Assembly: GCA_963817895.1 (NCBI GenBank)
Contig: CAWFQB010000002.1
Location: 672,001-736,000 of the forward strand
Source: an uncultured Chthonomonadaceae bacterium
GTDB taxonomy: Bacteria; Armatimonadota; Chthonomonadetes; Chthonomonadales; Chthonomonadaceae
Reading direction: 5' to 3'
Length of the DNA stretch: 64,000 nucleotides
The notes beneath the pieces are model-generated. The model worked only from the letters and a program-made list of their open reading frames with translations. It was not told where the DNA came from and did no database searches. Position numbers and translations under genes: made by a program. Position 1 is the stretch's first letter. Every line of letters begins with the position of its first letter. Below, one piece after another: positions 60,673-64,000 of this stretch.

Positions 60673-60938
60673 TACCCTCATCCGGGCAACGCCCACCCTC
60701 TCCCTTACAGGCCAAAGCGTCAACTACTCCTCTGGCACATAAATTGTAGGTTTGACAGACACACAAAATTGCCCATATTGTCTTCCGCCCTGCTGCTCAA
60801 CAGATAGTTGAACGACAATTAGCCAACCAGATAAACAAGCGTTACACCCCAACCACTCCCCTACCCAACGCACCCAACTGCCACATTAGCCTTCTCCCTA
60901 GCAGGGAGAAGGTGGCCGAAGGCCGGATGAGGGTAGAA
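60673..60938. repeat. REP/REPIN-like inverted doublet 3 (left arm degenerate)
   Basis: TACCCTCATCCGGGCAACGCCCACCCTCTCCC ... GCCTTCTCCCTAGCAGGGAGAAGGTGGCCGAAGGCCGGATGAGGGTAG. Confidence 0.8.
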
Positions 60939-61418
60939 ACTTCCAAATATTTTCGCAAATACGACGTTGGGATACTTCTAAAAACGCCGCCCAATGTTAA
61001 TATAACGTTGCTTGCCAAAACCGAATACCGTCCCTCAATAACAAGGGAAGGAGGTGCAAAAAGATGCCGGTTCACATCCGTTCGACTTAACACTATCGAG
61101 GTCACGACGCCTCTACTTAAAAACTTGACACAACGAGACCGAGTGCTGGAAGCGCTGCATTGCCACTATTTCGACGACGTCTCTACATATTTCTTCTACT
61201 CCCCTCCTATCCGGCTTCTGCAACGGACAGGCGCAACCCGCGCAATACGCTGGTATACTGATTGTAGGAATTTAACCCTCACGCGCCTTGACGCCCGTTT
61301 CCAGGTGATACGAGGAACCCATTTCATTCTTTATGCCCCTCCGCTCCCTGTACTGTCTGATCGGCTGCGGGCTTGTTCACAGATTTGGCGACGCTCATTG
61401 CCGGAAGGAGAGACCACA

Positions 61419-63976
61419 TTGAAATCGTGGCTCACGCTCGCATTGCCGATCAGTTCCGTTCCGCTTTTGGCGACCGCGCTGCTGCTGCCATCGGGCGGAC
61501 AGACAACGCCGAAGACAAACGCGCCCGCTCCCGCCAAAACCCCTATTAACAGCCACGCCTTCGCGAATTCCGCGTTTGATAAAACCACCGGGGCGTTTTT
61601 TAGCCAGAATTGTACTTCCTGCCACAACAGCAAAGCGAAAGCGGGCGGGCTGGATTTGCAGTCGCTCGGCCATGCCGGTTCCATTGTGGAGGTCGTGAAG
61701 CGCAACCGCGAAACGTGGGAGAGTATCGTCCGCAAAGTCCGCAGCGGCGAAATGCCGCCGCCCGGTTTGCCCAAACCCACCGGGGCGCAAATCAAGGCCG
61801 TCACGCAGAGCATCCAGACCGAACTGGAACGCGCGGACCGCCTTGCCGCTGCCGACCCCGGACGGGTGACGGCCCGCCGCCTGAACCGCGCCGAGTACAA
61901 CAACACCATTCGCGATCTGCTTGCGCGTCAACATTCGGCCCGCCGACGATTTCCCGCAGGACGATTCCGGGTACGGCTTCGACAACAACGGCGACGTGCT
62001 TTCGCTCTCCCCCTCGCAGATGGATCGGTATGTCGCGGCTGCCGAAAAGATCGCGCGGACAGCCATTTTCGGGCCGGAAACCCTGAAGCCCACCCTGGCG
62101 CGGCACGAGGCTGCCGGGACGCAACATCGTTCCGGCGATCACGCGTTCCGGCCAGTTACGACGCTACCGGGCTGACCCTTCCCAATTCGCTCCATGCCAC
62201 GCACGGTTTCCCGTGGATGGCGAATACCTGTTCCGTATTCGATCTGGACGGCGTGCGCCCGCTCGGCTCGGAAGCGCTGCATCTTGGCGTCTGGATAGAC
62301 GGCAAGCAGGTGCAGGACGCTGGATTTCGACCCGACCGGCTACGCCGCCTTCAATCCGGACCGTCAGGACTTTTCCGGCAGAACCGTGGAGTGCCGCCTG
62401 CGCGTAACGGCGGGCGACCACTGGATCGCCGCTACCATCGAGCGGATGTACGAGGGCTTGCCGCCGGACTATGGCGGCCCGAACCCGTCTCAAAAGACCA
62501 TTGCCCCGCCGGAGTTCAAGCCGCCGCCCGGCCTGCCGCCGGAGCGGATCGCACAGTTCCGCAAGCGCGTTTGAAGCCCGCCAGAAAGAAAAAGCGCCCG
62601 TCAACGATGTCCGCGTCAGCGGTCTGGAGATCGGCGGGCCGTACGAGCAGGCGAACGGGCCTTCGGAGGAAAGCCTGCGCAAAGTGTTTACGTGCGGGCA
62701 TCTGCATGGCGGCCATAACGCCGACTGCGCCCGCAAGATCGTCAGCGATTTCGCGACAGCGCGCCTTCCGCCGCCCCGTCACGGAACAGGAGATCACTCG
62801 GTTCACCAGTCTGGTCGCTCTGGCGCGGCGCAGGGCGACTCGTTCGAGGAGGGAATCTGCCTTGCGCTGCAGGGGATGCTCGTGTCGCCGCATTTCCTGT
62901 ACCGGATCGAGCGCGACCCGCCGTTACGCCCGCCAACGCGTCCGCATCTCGATCAGCCAGCACGAACTGGCCTCGCGCCTGTCCTACTTTCTGTGGAGCA
63001 GCATGCCGGACGACGCGCTTGCGCGCCTGCGCGGACAAGCAGACGCTGCGGAATCCCGGCGTTCTGACCGCGCAGGTTCGGCGGATGCTGAAAGACCCGC
63101 GTTCGAGCGCGCTCGCGGAGAACTTTGCCGGGCAGTGGCTGCAGTTCCGCGCGCTCGAATCCGTCAAGCCGGACCGAGCAGCGTTTCCCCGATTTCGACG
63201 ACTATCTGCGCATGTCCATGCGCCGCGAAACCGAACTGTTCTTCGACAACATCATCCGCGACGACCGCAGCATCCTCGATCTGCTGGTCGGCAAATACAC
63301 GTTCCTCAACGGACGGCTTGCCAACTTCTACGGCATTCCCGGCGTGGAGGGGCCGGCATTTCGCCGGGTCGATCTGACCGGCACGCCGCGCGGCGGCATT
63401 CTGACGCAGGCCAGCGTTCTGACCGTCACCTCGTATGCCAACCGGACCTCGCCCGTGCTGCGCGGCAAATGGATACTGGAAAATATCCTGAACGCGCCGC
63501 CGCCCGCGCCGCCGCCCGGCGTGCCGAACCTGGATGTGTCCACCGTCGGCTCGGACGCCTCGCTGCGGCAGCAGTTGGAGGCGCACCGCAAGAACCCGAC
63601 CTGCGCCGCCTGCCATGCCCGCATGGACCCGCTCGGCTTCGGGCTGGAGAACTTCGACGCCATCGGCGCATGGCGCGACAACGACGGCAAAATCGCCATT
63701 GATGCGTCCGGTTCGCTGCCGGATGGCCGCTCGTTCCAGGGCCCGGACGGACTGAAAGACGATTTTGAAGGCGGACCGCGACGCCTTTGCGCAGTGCCTG
63801 ACCGCCAAACTGCTCACCTACGCGCTGGGGCGCGGCCTGGAGCGTTACGACAGCGCGACCGTCAAAACATATCACGCAGCATATCGCCGCAAACGACTAC
63901 CGTTTTTCAAACCTGGTGCTGGAGATCGTCACCAGCAGGCCCTTCCAGATGCGCAGAGGAGACAGAACGCCAATGA
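61419..63976 (+). CDS. Planctomycete-type cytochrome c / DUF1587-DUF1595-DUF1592-DUF1588-DUF1585 protein, multiply frameshifted
   Basis: AAGGAG RBS + TTG; CTSCH, EMPP, RRLNRAEYNNTIRDL, FPQDD.GYGFDN, LVSPHFLYR, ELASRLSYFLWSSMPD, NFAGQWL, TSPVLRGKW, CAACH..MDPLGFGLENFD, spread over different frames. Confidence 0.85.
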
Positions 63977-64000
63977 ACTTTCTTACCAACAACCATTTCT
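63973..64000 (+). CDS. Start of downstream gene (likely DUF1552 partner), truncated by the window edge
   Basis: ATG overlaps the upstream TGA (MNFLTNNH...); the call rests on the usual DUF1592-DUF1552 gene order only. Confidence 0.4.

Noticed and set aside
54935..60938. CRISPR array
   Set aside because: The repeats are inverted doublets separated by whole genes, not direct repeats with 30-40-nt spacers; no cas genes.
60912..61418. N-terminal 169 aa of ORF 60912-63377
   Set aside because: It begins inside a REP arm; the real start is the TTG at 61419 behind an AAGGAG RBS, followed by a signal peptide.

Overview
GC-rich bacterial chromosomal window. It is probably Armatimonadota-like (inference from several DUF1559/H-X9-DG prepilin-like genes, PEP-CTERM proteins and a planctomycete-type DUF1592 gene). 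At least five genes carry 1-2 nt frameshifts, which suggests an imperfectly polished long-read assembly. In order, the window holds: a type IV pilus/T2SS cluster (PilX-like, pilin, pilC, pilB); a PEP-CTERM protein; a DeaD-like helicase; a MerR/BmrR-led ABC exporter operon with a 19-bp-spacer promoter; an AAA ATPase + HNH pair (Septu-like); tandem YbjQ-domain genes; a phage-type HEXXH peptidase + Cys-rich partner; an APC transporter; an HTH-PBP regulator + short-chain chromate transporters; a yciF-like ferritin; an acyltransferase; a SWIM protein; an aldo/keto reductase; DUF3500; FG-GAP/PEP-CTERM surface proteins; a membrane GAF-GGDEF-HD-GYP sensor divergent from an alpha-oxoamine synthase; a phosphoesterase-NACHT-HEAT NLR-like gene; a TolB-like gene; and the start of a DUF1592/DUF1552 operon. 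Non-coding structure is rich: a 102-bp MITE-like element (3 copies), REPIN-like palindrome doublets (3), inverted 7-8-mer tandem-repeat arms, and two accessory cassettes bracketed by diverged direct repeats of the upstream gene's 3' end or terminator. No rRNA, tRNA, CRISPR array, integrase or transposase was recognised. All family assignments were made by eye, with no database search.
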